The notes below the pieces were generated by a model. It was not told the DNA's origin, ran no database searches, and was given only the letters and a program-made list of their open reading frames with translations. A program made the translations under genes and the position numbers. A stretch of 64,000 bases of DNA from NCBI GenBank assembly GCA_951406725.2, contig OX597821.1:109120001-109184000 (forward strand), read 5' to 3'. Shown here one piece after another: positions 14,539 to 26,716 of the stretch (within the stretch, counting starts at the first letter, position 1; each line of letters opens with the position of its first letter). The stretch comes from Octopus vulgaris (taxonomy: Eukaryota).

Positions 14539-14581
<43 letters not shown>

Positions 14582-14587
<6 letters not shown>

Positions 14588-15020
14588 GTTATCGCCATAC
14601 TAATATGGCATTCTTATAAAAATAAGAATAAAGCTGTCCGCTTATTAGCTCCATGAGGCCATCGCCTTAAGTTAGCTATTTGATACACAAACTGTATCCA
14701 TATAACCTTTGAACAAGGGAGGTCAGTCGCTCCACACTACTTGGCCGAAGCTAGGTAAATAAAACCTTTGAACAGAGATTGTCGGAAGCGACACCTACTG
14801 GTCTGGCTACGCTGCATTGAAAAGGGCAATACCCCGAAACGCGTCTGTAGCTGCCGGCCAAGTAGTGTGGAGCGACTGACCTCCCTTGTTCAAAGGTTAT
14901 ATGGATACAGTTTGTGTATCAAATAGCTAACTTAAGGCGATGGCCTCATGGAGCTAATAAGCGGACAGCTTTATTCTTATTTTTATAAGAATGCCATATT
15001 AGTATGGCGATAACTATTAT
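14582..15020. repeat. Long inverted repeat: 166-bp arms (14582-14747 / 14855-15020) with a 107-bp spacer, embedded in (TA)n
   Basis: The arms are reverse complements with no mismatch found by eye (ataatagttatcgcc...cttggccg / cggccaag...ggcgataactattat). Confidence 0.95.
14811..14851 (+). ncRNA. Minimal type-I hammerhead ribozyme motif, U3-A8 variant, in the inverted-repeat spacer
   Basis: gctgca-TTGAAAA-GGG-caatac-CCC-GAAA-CGCG-TC-tgtagc: 6-bp stem I (one G-U), G10.1-C11.1 pair, palindromic ACGCGT stem III, GUC triplet. Confidence 0.75.
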
Positions 15021-15075
15021 TTTCCGGGAACGCTGCCGTTGTTCTCTTTTAGAGAGACTTAGTAATTTTAATATT

Positions 15076-15143
<68 letters not shown>

Positions 15144-15687
15144 ACAGGCTTCTTTCAGATTTCATCAATCAAATTCACTCACAAGGTTTGGGTCGGGCCG
15201 AAGCTATAGTAGAAGGCACATTTTTTCAACCAATATATCTCTCTTTTTTGTTCTCTACTTATTATTTCTTTACCCCTTCTCTTCCTAGGGTCTGCCTTTG
15301 ACGTCAGATCTACTAACGGTTTTTTTTTTTTAAATACATAATAGCGTTCTGTTTATCATTTATGCAGTCATCAAAATTGTTATGTCCTGTTATTGAGATA
15401 GGTTCTCTTTCTTTCCTGATGAGATTACATTATTTTACACCGTTTATTCCTTTGCAATAAAACCAATATTGCCTTCGAAACATATGTCGAAAGTAAAAGA
15501 ATTTGAATAACACCTGCGTTCAACTCCATTTATTTACTTATACTATACAAATTACTGCACATTAACCCGGAGTTTCTACTTTTGAATAGGTCGCAACATC
15601 CTTGGTACTTGCGTGAATTTTGCTACCCTGGTAACTGTTTACTGAATTTTCCATGTTAACTGTAAACAAAGGATAATTCATTCATCC

Positions 15688-15736
<49 letters not shown>

Positions 15737-15740
<4 letters not shown>

Positions 15741-15935
15741 TTAATCCAAACATGAAAACACAAAGAGAAAACACAACAACGCGAGGACGTGGAACAAATA
15801 TAGTATTATTGGACGATAAGGAAGGAAGGGAAGCAGGAGGGTTCAACGTTTCGAGCGGAGCTCTTCGTCAGAAACATAGGAAAAGGAAGGATCCATAGAA
15901 GGGAAGACGGAGGGAAAAAATCGCCAACGGTACAC
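15737..15935 (-). mobile_element. Family HH-A short repeat, second copy
   Basis: Reverse complement aligns with ~6100-6265, including the tail TTTGGATTAAC(TA)n. Confidence 0.75.
15841..15875 (-). ncRNA. Minimal type-I hammerhead ribozyme motif with canonical core
   Basis: Minus strand gttt-CTGACGA-A-GAGC-tcc-GCTC-GAAACGTT-gaac, with palindromic AACGTT stem III. Confidence 0.7.
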
Positions 15936-16254
15936 ATGCATATAAGGGTACATGATGTCACCAACGGGGCAAATAACATGAAATACACAAACAAAGGAGG
16001 GATAAACGAGTGAAATGCGTAATCAACGAGAAAAATGGAAAACAGTACAAGTTAGTACAGAGAAAGAACCCGTCATCAGTTGTCAACTGTCTCTCAACTC
16101 CTCATTTCGAGCATTCAACGACAATATGACTCTTCAAAAACATTTGGTCCCATAAATTCTAAAATGAAATTTAGGATTTATGAATGGTCAAATTTGGGAA
16201 CATATATATATATGTGTGTGTGTGTGTGTGAGTACACATGCACGCGCATATATA

Positions 16255-16323
<69 letters not shown>

Positions 16324-16329
<6 letters not shown>

Positions 16330-16568
16330 GTAGTATACTGTCAATCTAACACGAACGTGACAGTAGGGGGTACACCACCGCTGTTTAGCCCTAGGAAGCA
16401 TCGACGCCTCCTGATGGCCTTGACACATTTTCCTGTGTCCTTATATACATTTACACAGAAAAAATGTGTCAAAGCCATCAGGAGGCGTCGATGCTTCCTA
16501 GGGCTAAACAGCGGTGGTGTACCCACTACTGTCACGTTCGTGTTAGATTGACAGTATACTACCATTCT
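16324..16568. repeat. Near-perfect fold-back: ~115-bp arms with a 14-nt loop (16439-16452)
   Basis: agaatggtagtatactgtc...ctgtgt / acacag...gacagtatactaccattct, about 3 mismatches and 1 indel. The opposite-strand ORFs 16327-16551 and 16341-16595 mirror each other. Confidence 0.95.
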
Positions 16569-16649
16569 ATCGCCCCACCACCGTACATGTCTCAACGACA
16601 GATTTAGAAATTTAGTATTTCTGTATATATATATATATATATATATGAT

Positions 16650-16845
16650 AGATCGTTATCCACTACATACATTTTTTCTCTTTTTGTTTCTCTCCTTGTT
16701 TTTTCTGTGTCCCTTTCTGTAGAAGAGCGTAGGCTCGAAACGTAAAAGACTTTTTCTATTCCTGAGCGTTATACTAATACATCTGTTTGTTTTGTACACC
16801 ACCTGTCTTCGTCTTTTGTTTTTTTTTTCGTAAATTCTCCCTATA
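16650..16845 (+). mobile_element. Short repeat family HH-B with a hammerhead-like motif (16713-16748)
   Basis: cttt-CTGTAGA-A-GAGC-gtag-GCTC-GAAACGTA-aaag. A second copy lies inverted at 19757-19940. Confidence 0.7.
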
Positions 16846-17496
16846 TATGTGTGTGTGTGTATGTGTGTGTGTTTGTGTGTCTGTGTGTATGTATTTATAC
16901 ATACATATACAACATATACACTATATATTATTTACATGTATAGAAACGTCTGTGTGCGTGTATGTGTGTGTATACGTGTGTATGTATGTATGCGTGTGTA
17001 TGTGTGCGCGAGTGTGTGAGTGGGTGGGTGGGTGTGTTAAGCTAGTGAGCAAACAGAATCTCTGGCATACATGAATTTCAAACCGACATTACATTTTGAA
17101 TTTAAATGCTACCGAGTTCGATTTCGTCCTTCGTCATCCATTCGGGGGTCGATAAGATGGGAACTGATTAAGCACCGAATCCATGTAATGGATTAGATTG
17201 CTTCCCAACTCCATCCCCACCAAAATTCCAGGCCCTGTGCCTATGGCAGAAACTATGTGTGTGTGAGTGTGTGCGTATGTGTGTGCGTGTATGTATGCAT
17301 GCGTTTGACTATGCATATAATGCGTGTATTTGTATGTGTATATGTATGTGCGTGTATGTATGCTTATGATGCATATGGTGCGTGTGTTTGTGCAATGTCA
17401 GTGGATTCGTTTAAATCTTCCTCGATTGCAATTGCTAAGATACAACACTTGTCTACAATTTCAATACAACTATTCACTGTGGAAGCATATCCGGGT

Positions 17497-17543
17497 TGTA
17501 GTAGTAGTGGTGGTGGTGGTGCTGCTGCTGCTGGTAGTAGCAT

Positions 17544-17617
<74 letters not shown>

Positions 17618-17668
17618 ATAGTAGTAGTAGTGGTAGTGGTGGTGGTGGTGGTGGTGGTAGTGGTGGTG

Positions 17669-17727
<59 letters not shown>

Positions 17728-18089
17728 GGTAGTGTTAGCAGTAGTAGTAGTAATAGCAGTAGTAGTAGTAGTGGTGGTGGTGATGGTGGTGGTGGTAGTG
17801 GTGGTGGTGGTAGTAGTAGTAGTAGCAGTAGTATTAGTAGTAGTAATAGCAGTGGTGGTGGTGGTGGTGGTGGTAGTGGTAGCAGTAGTAGTAGTAGTAA
17901 TAGCAGTAGTAGTGTAGTGGTGGTGGTGCTGGTGCTGGTAGTAGTAGTAGTAGTAATGTTGGTGGTAGTAGTAGTTGTAGTCGTGGTGGTTGTGGCGATA
18001 GTAGTAGTAGTTGTGATGGTGGTGGTACTAATAGCAGTAGTGGTAGTAGTAGTAGTAGTAGCAGTAGCAGTAACAACAGCAGCAACTGC

Positions 18090-18160
<71 letters not shown>
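17497..18160. repeat. Compound (AGT)n/(GGT)n/(AGC)n tract
   Basis: Directly visible. Confidence 0.95.
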
Positions 18161-18479
18161 AAATTTTCATGGAACAGTAAATAGCATGAGAAAAATGTAT
18201 TGCGATTATTATTAGTTACAATGTGTGGGGGGGGGATAGTGGTAGTGCATGGGTGTGTGTGTGGGGGAATAGTGGTAGTGCATGGGTGTGTGTGTATGTG
18301 TGTATGTGAGTACGAGTGGTTGTGTGTTTGTGAGTGTAAATAAGTGTGTGTACGTTTGTATGTAGACCAGGTGTCCCTTGTAGTGTAAAAATATATCCGG
18401 GTATGCGTGTAATAGCGATGAATGTTTGCTTGTGTGTGTGAGTGTATGATGAGAGACATTGTGTATGTGTACGTGTGTG

Positions 18480-18514
<35 letters not shown>

Positions 18515-18836
18515 TGTGCATGTATATATGCCCGTTAGTATCTGTATGTATTATAGTGTAGTGTAGGTATGTGTATGATAACGTGTGTGATACTGTGGGC
18601 GTGTGTGGTGATGTGTGCATGTGTGTGCGTCTATATATATAAATATATGTATATATACATATGCATATATCTATCTATATATATATACATATATAACAGA
18701 GTGTGTATATATGTGTATATGTATGTATACATACGTATATATGTGTGTTTGTGTGTGTATGTGCGTATCTATACATATATTTGTATATGTATGTATATAC
18801 ATATATGTATATATGTATATATGTATGTATACATAC

Positions 18837-18893
<57 letters not shown>

Positions 18894-18974
18894 GTATATC
18901 TATATATATACATGTATATGCATATATGTATATATATATATATATAACGGGAAGCTTTATGAAAATAAACAAGC

Positions 18975-19026
<52 letters not shown>

Positions 19027-19377
19027 GTATGTATATGTATATATATGTGTATATATACGTGTGTGTGTGCGTATTTGTGTTTGTAGATGCAGTAGTAAAT
19101 TCCTTTATTTAATTTCTTTGGTGTGCTTTTCTTTTAAATGAACCGAGTTTTATTCAAACTGTTTCAAATAAATTCTATTACAGGGCAATTTGCATAAAAT
19201 AATCAGTCTCATTGTTATAGACAAATTGTTGGAGACAAAATTCACTGGCTTTTCGCATATTTAATGGGATGCGTGCAGGTGTACTTAAGTAAGAGCCAGC
19301 GGAGAATTACACACACACAAAGTACACACCCGCATAGTTATACATGTTTGTTTGCATTATATGCATGTATGTTCATG

Positions 19378-19422
<45 letters not shown>

Positions 19423-19549
19423 ACATATATGTTTATTCGTGTAAATAGATGTGTGTTTATATATGTGACCGTGTGCCCCAGCACAGCCAGAACTTCTCAT
19501 TGAAACCAATACGAGAATAAAAGATTTGCATATATACATACATGTATAC

Positions 19550-19641
<92 letters not shown>

Positions 19642-19646
19642 TGATT

Positions 19647-19708
<62 letters not shown>

Positions 19709-19756
19709 CAGATAGATAGATAGATAGATATAGATATAGATATAAACAGATACATA

Positions 19757-19940
19757 TAGGGAAAGTTTACGAAAAAAACAAAAGACGAAGACAGGTAGTG
19801 TACAAAACAAGCAGATGTATTAGTACAACGCTCAGGAATAGAAAAAGTCTTTTACGTTTTGAGTCTACGCTCTTCTACAGAAATTTACACAGAAAAAACA
19901 AGGAGAGAAAACAAGGAGAGTAAAAATGTGTGTAGTGACT
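19757..19940 (-). mobile_element. Family HH-B short repeat, second copy, with decayed hammerhead-like motif (19849-19884)
   Basis: Reverse complement of 16650-16845. The motif reads CTGTAGA-A-GAGC-gtag-ACTC-AAAACGTA. Confidence 0.7.
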
Positions 19941-19949
19941 ATACATATA

Positions 19950-19999
<50 letters not shown>

Positions 20000-20739
20000 G
20001 TGATGGTAGGATCAAGTTTTAGTTCATTATGTAATATGGTTTGTGCCTGATGATTGTGCGGCGGTGTTACACATGTTATAATCCATTTGGCATGCTCTAA
20101 ACACAAGAAACTAATAGTAACACATAAAAACATATAGTGTGTCTATTAAATAATATTATGTGTGAGTGTGCGTGTGTGTATCACGGACGTGCCGGCTAAG
20201 TTTTCCAATGTAGGTATCGCCTTACCTTGAATAACATAGATCGATGGCAACATTTTCCTTTTATGGCAAAATATGCACCTAATTCAATATAATTATGAAG
20301 GTACTCTGACTATTATGCATAAAATGCAATTTTTTTCTTGTAGATTAGGTAAGCATAATTCGCCTATGCTTTTTAGTCTCAGAATTTAAGCTACGCATAT
20401 TAATGCTGTAGTACACGTGCTGCATACACTCCTACAACACCATTTTCTTGACGTGCTATAAAGGCAGAAGTAAATCTACCTTCAACTCAGTGGCGCGCCT
20501 GTATTTCGCTTAACTTTTGTGTATTTTACTACATAAAGATCAACTGCCTGCCCTGAGTAATTACTGACGGTACGTGCCTAACATATATACTATACATATA
20601 TACCAAAATATACACTCATGTGTAGGTATATACGTCTGTATAAACATATACATGCATGTTTCCTCCAATAAGTATAAGTGCGAAAGAAAATCGGAGAGCA
20701 AATTCTGTTTAATACTTGAATGGAATTGGAATATCCATG

Positions 20740-21000
20740 TATCTCTCTCGAGTTCTAAGCATTGGCTAACCGTTATGCTATCTCATTCGAAACAACTATA
20801 CACCGGGTATTTATATGAAATACATTTTTTGCAGCCCTTAAAAGGAAGAAACCAATTTAGTTTCATTCCCATTTTGTGGATATTATATCGGCGACTGGTG
20901 GATATCGCGTTGGCCTCGGAGACATTGGTTGTATCATCACTAAGAATTTTAGTAAACGGGAAAATCCAATTTGCACATATAATGCATTCTTGTCAGCTAG
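20740..21000 (-). pseudogene. Possible very old hAT transposase remnant
   Basis: Minus-strand PFTKILSDDTTNVSEANAISTSRRY loosely resembles the hAT first-Asp motif (F.SI.ADETTDVS...QLS..VRY). Confidence 0.3.
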
Positions 21001-21374
21001 ATTAGTAAATCATTGTTGACTTTACAATGATTTGCTACAATGCTATACGTTGCTACAGAATATAACAATAAATTATTGCAAGACTATGTAACAAAGATAT
21101 ATAAACATTATGTCTATGTATAGAATATCTGCATGGGCAGAAAATTTCAGGTGGAAATCATTCGAAAAGGTGTTTATTTAATCATAGCCCACGCTATGAT
21201 TAAATAATAATAGCCACGCTTTGATTAAACAATAACATCAACAAGTATCATACACAGACAAAGGTAAAGACATAGACATGCCTACAGGTAAACATATACG
21301 CATAATGGTGGACGCTCGTAGTCCGAGAAAGTCGTGTCTGCTTGTTGAATAACCTGCACAAAGGATTTGTTTAT

Positions 21375-21486
21375 TAGCTGTGTGGTAAGAAGCTTGCTTC
21401 CCAACCACATGGTTCCTGGTTCAGTCCTGCTGCGTAGCACCTTGGACAAGTGTCTTCTACTAGACGGAAACTGAAAGAAGCCCGTC

Positions 21487-21523
<37 letters not shown>

Positions 21524-21535
21524 CGTGTGTGTGTG

Positions 21536-21568
<33 letters not shown>

Positions 21569-21571
21569 ATG

Positions 21572-21641
<70 letters not shown>

Positions 21642-21730
21642 GTGTCTGTGTTTGTCCCCCCACTATCACTTGACAACCGATGCTGGTTTGTTTGCATCTC
21701 CGAAACTTAGCGGTTCAACAAAAATAGACT
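21375..21730 (+). mobile_element. SINE family 2 copy with internal deletion and internal (TA)n(TG)n
   Basis: GCTGTGTGGTAAGAAGCTTGCTTCCCAACCACATGGTTCC head. Confidence 0.85.
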
Positions 21731-22667
21731 GATTCCGAAAGAATGTCAATTGAATTTGATTGACGTTAGCTTGATTTGAACTCAGAACACAGAGAGCTAG
21801 AAGTGATACCACAATACATCCAATCCGACGCTATGAGGTCGCAAATTAACTCACCGTCTTTGTACACCATTTGAGTATGTAAAAAGATCAAAATTGGGTG
21901 GACTGCCATGATAGGAAGGATTTTGACCATTCAGCTAGTTGATTCTATTGTTGTGAATTAGCAGAATCGTTAGAGAGTTAGATATATTCAGTTACAGCAT
22001 TTGAACGGTCTGAGTTCAAAACCCCGCCAGGCCATCATTCTTTTTCATCCTTCTGACAATCGATAAAAGAATATACCAGTCAATTACTGGTGTACATTTA
22101 ATATTTTTATAAAGCAGCTTAGATGTGTGAAGAGTGGAAATTTTAACGTTGGTTTTCATACCGGATTAGATGGATAAGTGTGAAGTATGTTAGATGTGAA
22201 TAAATGTATAATAGAAGACTATGGCTTAACTTCAACATTCATCTCTACAGGGGTCGATAAAATAACAGACGAGGCAACTGCTGGGGTAGACGTAAAATTG
22301 TTATAAATTGTTGTAGATGTCAATGAAACTATAACAGAAAGCAAAGACAACTTTCCACGGTCTGTTAAAATAAAGTATCCGTCAAGTACTGAAGTACATA
22401 GAATATGTGCTGAAGTACATATTGTACTCTATATGTGAATGGAAAGCTCAGTTTAATCTATCGAACTTTCAGAGCCTGATTAGAAAAAAGTACCAGTTAT
22501 TTACTGGGGTAGGTTTAATTTCACATTCCAATTTCCTACTGTGGATGTGAATGGAATTATTATAATAGAAGACGGAAACACATCTTAACCTGTCTACCTT
22601 CCAGGCGCTGATAAAATAGAGTACCAATCACGTACGGAAATAAGATTTATATTCTTATAAAATTGAA

Positions 22668-23185
22668 GGTGGCGAGCTGGCAGAATCCTTAGAACGCCAG
22701 GCAAATGCTTATCGGCATTTCATGTCTTTACGTTCTGTGTTATGAGATATGAAGTCGTTTGATCTAAGATGGGAGGAGGTAGCAAACGATCGCCCGCGCT
22801 GGAGGCAAATACTGCGAAAGGGGATGAAGCGAGAGGAAGAAAAACACGAACTTGTCCCCAAGGAAAAGCGCACTCGACGAAAGAATAAACCAGTAGGGCC
22901 GGCAGACTGTTCCTTCAAATGCAGTCACTGTATACGTGAGTGTTACTCTCATGGAGGGCCTCTCCAACCGTAGCAGGCACTGAACCCCCATCAACAAGTG
23001 AAGCAATTTCTTCGGGTGCAGATCCATGGTCTCTCGTGAGTTCAAATACCGCCGAGGTCAACTTTGCCTTTCATCGTCATTCTTTCGAGGTCGGTAAAAT
23101 AAATACCAGTTAAACACTGGAGTCAATAAACTCGACCCTCCCCTACCCCGAAATTGCTGGCTTTGTGCCAAAATTTGAAATCGAT
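22668..23185 (+). mobile_element. SINE family 1 copy split by an RTE fragment
   Basis: The head stops at ..TTACGTTCTGTGTT (22742) and resumes at TGAGTTCAAATACCGCCGAGG (~23037). Confidence 0.8.
22743..23036 (+). mobile_element. RTE-clade LINE C-terminal fragment
   Basis: WEEVANDRPRWRQILRKG..EKRTRRK..FKCSHCIRECYSHGG is a typical RTE C-terminus with Zn finger, followed by a CCATGGTCTCTCG 3' UTR motif. Confidence 0.8.
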
Positions 23186-23519
23186 GTTCCTATACATGTA
23201 CCCTGAACGTGAAAGGAATTATTTTTATAAGACAAAGATTAGCAATGCTTAAACAACAACGACGCCTACGCGAAAGTTTCCGAGTAGTTGTTCGGCATGC
23301 TAAAAATAACAGCCAAATCTCGCTCGAGCCATTCCTTGTCATTTTACAAAAAAACATAACAATGGCTAATATAGTCATATGTGCACAATACCTGAAAATA
23401 AATTGCACTATTGTATGATCGCAGCTGGATTTCTTTTTGATCATTATTTTTTACATCATGACTGACCTGGGGCTAAAAGCAGAAATGCTTGTTGATCTTC
23501 AGTATGGCTTTTTGCTGTT

Positions 23520-23552
<33 letters not shown>

Positions 23553-24129
23553 GATGCTTTTTTGTTTGTTTGTTTCTTTTTTCTATTTTTTCTTCCCACG
23601 GTCGTCCAAAAATACACAGCTGAACATAGCTCATTCCCTCATTAAGGAGTCTCATTTACTTGCTCGGACATGTGTTTATATTTATCAAACGTAATCATGT
23701 CATTATTGTAATTATCAGAAAAGAAAAACAACAACAATACCCAAAAACATACAGAAATTCTAAACAATAACAAAAAAACAAATATCCGCATATTATAAAA
23801 ACACTAAACAAAACAAATGCAAATCTCAATTGTTGTAATTCTTGAATAATTGCGACAAGTTCTATTATGGTAATAGCCTAATGTTGATCAAATACTTTGT
23901 ATGGCATTGTTAATAATCGTGGGAAGCAAAAAGGCATGAACGTAACAAATTCTTATTAACTGTGGTCTATAATTCTAGAGTTTCATATCCACGTGAGCAT
24001 AACAAAATATTAATCCATCCATTAATTCATTAATCCATTAATATCCATTAATCCATTTATTATTGAAATATTTCAGTAGAAAGATCCGAAGAAACTAGTT
24101 CTAGTCTGTGTATATGTATGTATCTGGAG

Positions 24130-24250
24130 GTTTGTGGGTGCTTAGCCTAGTAGTTACGGTGTGGTACACGCGATCGTGGGATCGAAGTTTCAATTCATGG
24201 ACAGGGTGACACGTTGTGATTTTTCAACAAAACATTTCATCACACGCCGA
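24130..24250 (+). mobile_element. Decayed tRNA-derived SINE head (family 3-like)
   Basis: AGCCTAGTAGTTA..CGATCGTGGGATCGAAGTTTCAATTC, similar to the head at 29340. Confidence 0.5.
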
Positions 24251-24254
24251 TCAC

Positions 24255-25330
24255 TTCGACACCTGACACCTGGTACACCGTGCACGTCAAAAAATCCGGT
24301 AATACCAGATCTTCGGCTGACTGGGTCCATGGGGTAAAAACAGCTTTTGACCCCCACCCAGTCAACCGCAGGCATAATCTTTGCATTCAGTAGTATGGTG
24401 TTACTGCTGCCCAGACCCCGGCGGATAGTCTCCTCTATCCACTCGGACTCAATTCCGGGTGGTAGCCCACTCACCCAAGCTCTCGTTAATTTTCGCCCAC
24501 CGTATGTGGGGAGAAAAAATCTTATCCCCTTCCACCGGTTAGCACGCAAACTTTTGTGCCTCCGTAGGGGTGTTAAAAAGCACACACACACAGTTCCATA
24601 CTTTGCTTCCCTACGCATAAATTTAAAAGTTGGCAGGTACTCTGTCAACTTTTTCTCAATCTCAGGCTGAAAGAACACAGCGATGGTTTGAAAGACCCTA
24701 GAGTAGGTCCTTAACACCACCGTTCTCTCAGTATAATTTTAGAGCCATTCTTTGGGGGCCACAATTCGCCACTCCAAAGCGGTATTCTTTGTTGCCATTT
24801 TTTAAAAATCAAATAAAAATAAAATGTTCCAAAAATCAAAAAGTCCAAAATGTTCACATAAAAGTCAATAATAAGACACAAAGAAGGAACAGAAAGACAG
24901 ACGAGAGAAAAAAAGTGAAGGAATACAGTTCAACTGGCAACAAAATTCTGCTACCCAGGTAATCCACAATTCGCAGTTCTCCGTCGCAGCACAAAAATTA
25001 AATTCTTGCCGTCTTTGCACTCTTTGCCTGAATGGTAAATCCAAAGGTAATTCCCGGCACGAACGCAGTCAAGAAAAAGACAATTTTCACAAACAAAAAT
25101 TTTTCCTGAATGAATACACCTCCCAAAAACACAATTCTCACTGCAAAGTGAGTCTTTTCGGAGGACCACAGGCAGGTAAATACCGGAACAGAGTGAAGAC
25201 TTGCTCAACAAAAATGATTAATTACAGAGCAACACACTCCACTAAGTTCCCCCACCCCACCCCAAAACAAAACAGACGCCTACCTGTAGTCGTGCTTCAA
25301 ATGTTCAATTTTTCACGTCGAGAGACGTGT
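24255..25330 (-). mobile_element. Probable 5' UTR plus degenerate ORF1 of a non-LTR retrotransposon
   Basis: Complex coding-like frame MATKNTALEWRIVAPKEWL*..VLRTYSRVFQTI..TRAWVSGLPPGIESEWIEETI. It has an internal stop and no introns. The VSGLP motif recalls L1/Tx1 ORF1 RRM regions. Confidence 0.4.
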
Positions 25331-25789
25331 CTTCCAAGCATTATGAAAAAATGCGAACTCTTCTGTAGTAAGGTAAGCAAGCTACTTTATTACATTAAAT
25401 GTGTCATGAAGACAGTGCACAGATTAGGTAGCTTTGCGGGCTGGATAAGACATTAATGAAATGAATGATAACGATGCAAGGGTGATAAAGATGGGAGAAG
25501 AAAGAAAGCGCCCGCCGACCCTCTGCTTCTCTATAACATTGTTCTTTAAAAAATCATTACATGAGGCAATGAACCTCTTACAAAACTGACAACAGTATTA
25601 ATCTACAAATATAAAATTTGCATATTTCGGCGTTAAGCCTATTCTTCATTCGGCTCCGACCAGGCTGTAAGCTGCTCATAGGTACTGCTCCGGATCCCGG
25701 TCGGGGGCCCAAAACTCGATTCTGAAAAGAAAGCATTATATTAACATGGCGCACGAACATTTTCTTCAACTTAATAATAATAATATTCC

Positions 25790-26184
25790 TCTCTCCTGGA
25801 AGCAGGAAGCCTCAAGTTTGGGGGAAGGGATTAAGTCGATTACATCGATCCCAGTGCGTAATTGGTACTTATTTAATCGACCCCGAAAGGAGGAAAGGAA
25901 AAGTCGACCGCGGCGGAATTTGAACTCAGAACGTAGCGGCAGTCGAAATACCAATTTCTTTACTACCCACAAGAGGCTAAGCACAGAGGGAACAAACAGG
26001 GACAGACAAACGGATTATGTCGATTATATCGACCCCAGTGCGTAATCTGGTACTTATTTAATCGACACCGAAAGGACGAAACGCAAAGTCGACCTCGGCG
26101 GAACTTGAACTCAGAATGCAGCAGCAGACGAAATACCGGTAAGCATTTCACCCGGCGTGCTAACAATTGTGCCAACTCGCCGCC

Positions 26185-26275
<91 letters not shown>

Positions 26276-26287
26276 TAATAATAATAA

Positions 26288-26318
<31 letters not shown>

Positions 26319-26559
26319 AATAATAATTTATTTCATTATTGCCCACAGGGGGCTAAACATAGAGGGGACAAACAAGGACAGACAAAGGGATTAAGTCGAT
26401 TACATCGACTCCAGTGCGTAACTGGTACTTATTTAATCGACCCCGAAAGGATGAAAGGCAAAGTTGACCTCGGTGGAATTTGAACTCAGAACGTAACGGC
26501 AGACGAAATACCGGTAAGCATTTCACCCGGCGTGCTAACAATTCTGCCAACTCGCCGCC

Positions 26560-26560
<1 letters not shown>
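25790..26560 (-). mobile_element. Two SINE family 1 copies (25790-26185 dimeric; 26335-26560) each abutting long (AAT)n
   Basis: Reverse complement of the family 1 consensus. Confidence 0.9.
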
Positions 26561-26617
<57 letters not shown>

Positions 26618-26629
26618 TAATAATAATAA

Positions 26630-26716
<87 letters not shown>

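Noticed and set aside
15935-16200. Hammerhead-like pieces on the minus strand (TTGAAGAG..CTCGAAAT; CTGATGA), with similar pieces at ~5165 and ~60963
   Set aside because: Core and all three stems could not be assembled consistently.
24083-24106. CCGAAGA-A-ACTAG-tt-CTAGT half-hammerhead
   Set aside because: No GAAA or stem III follows; at best truncated.
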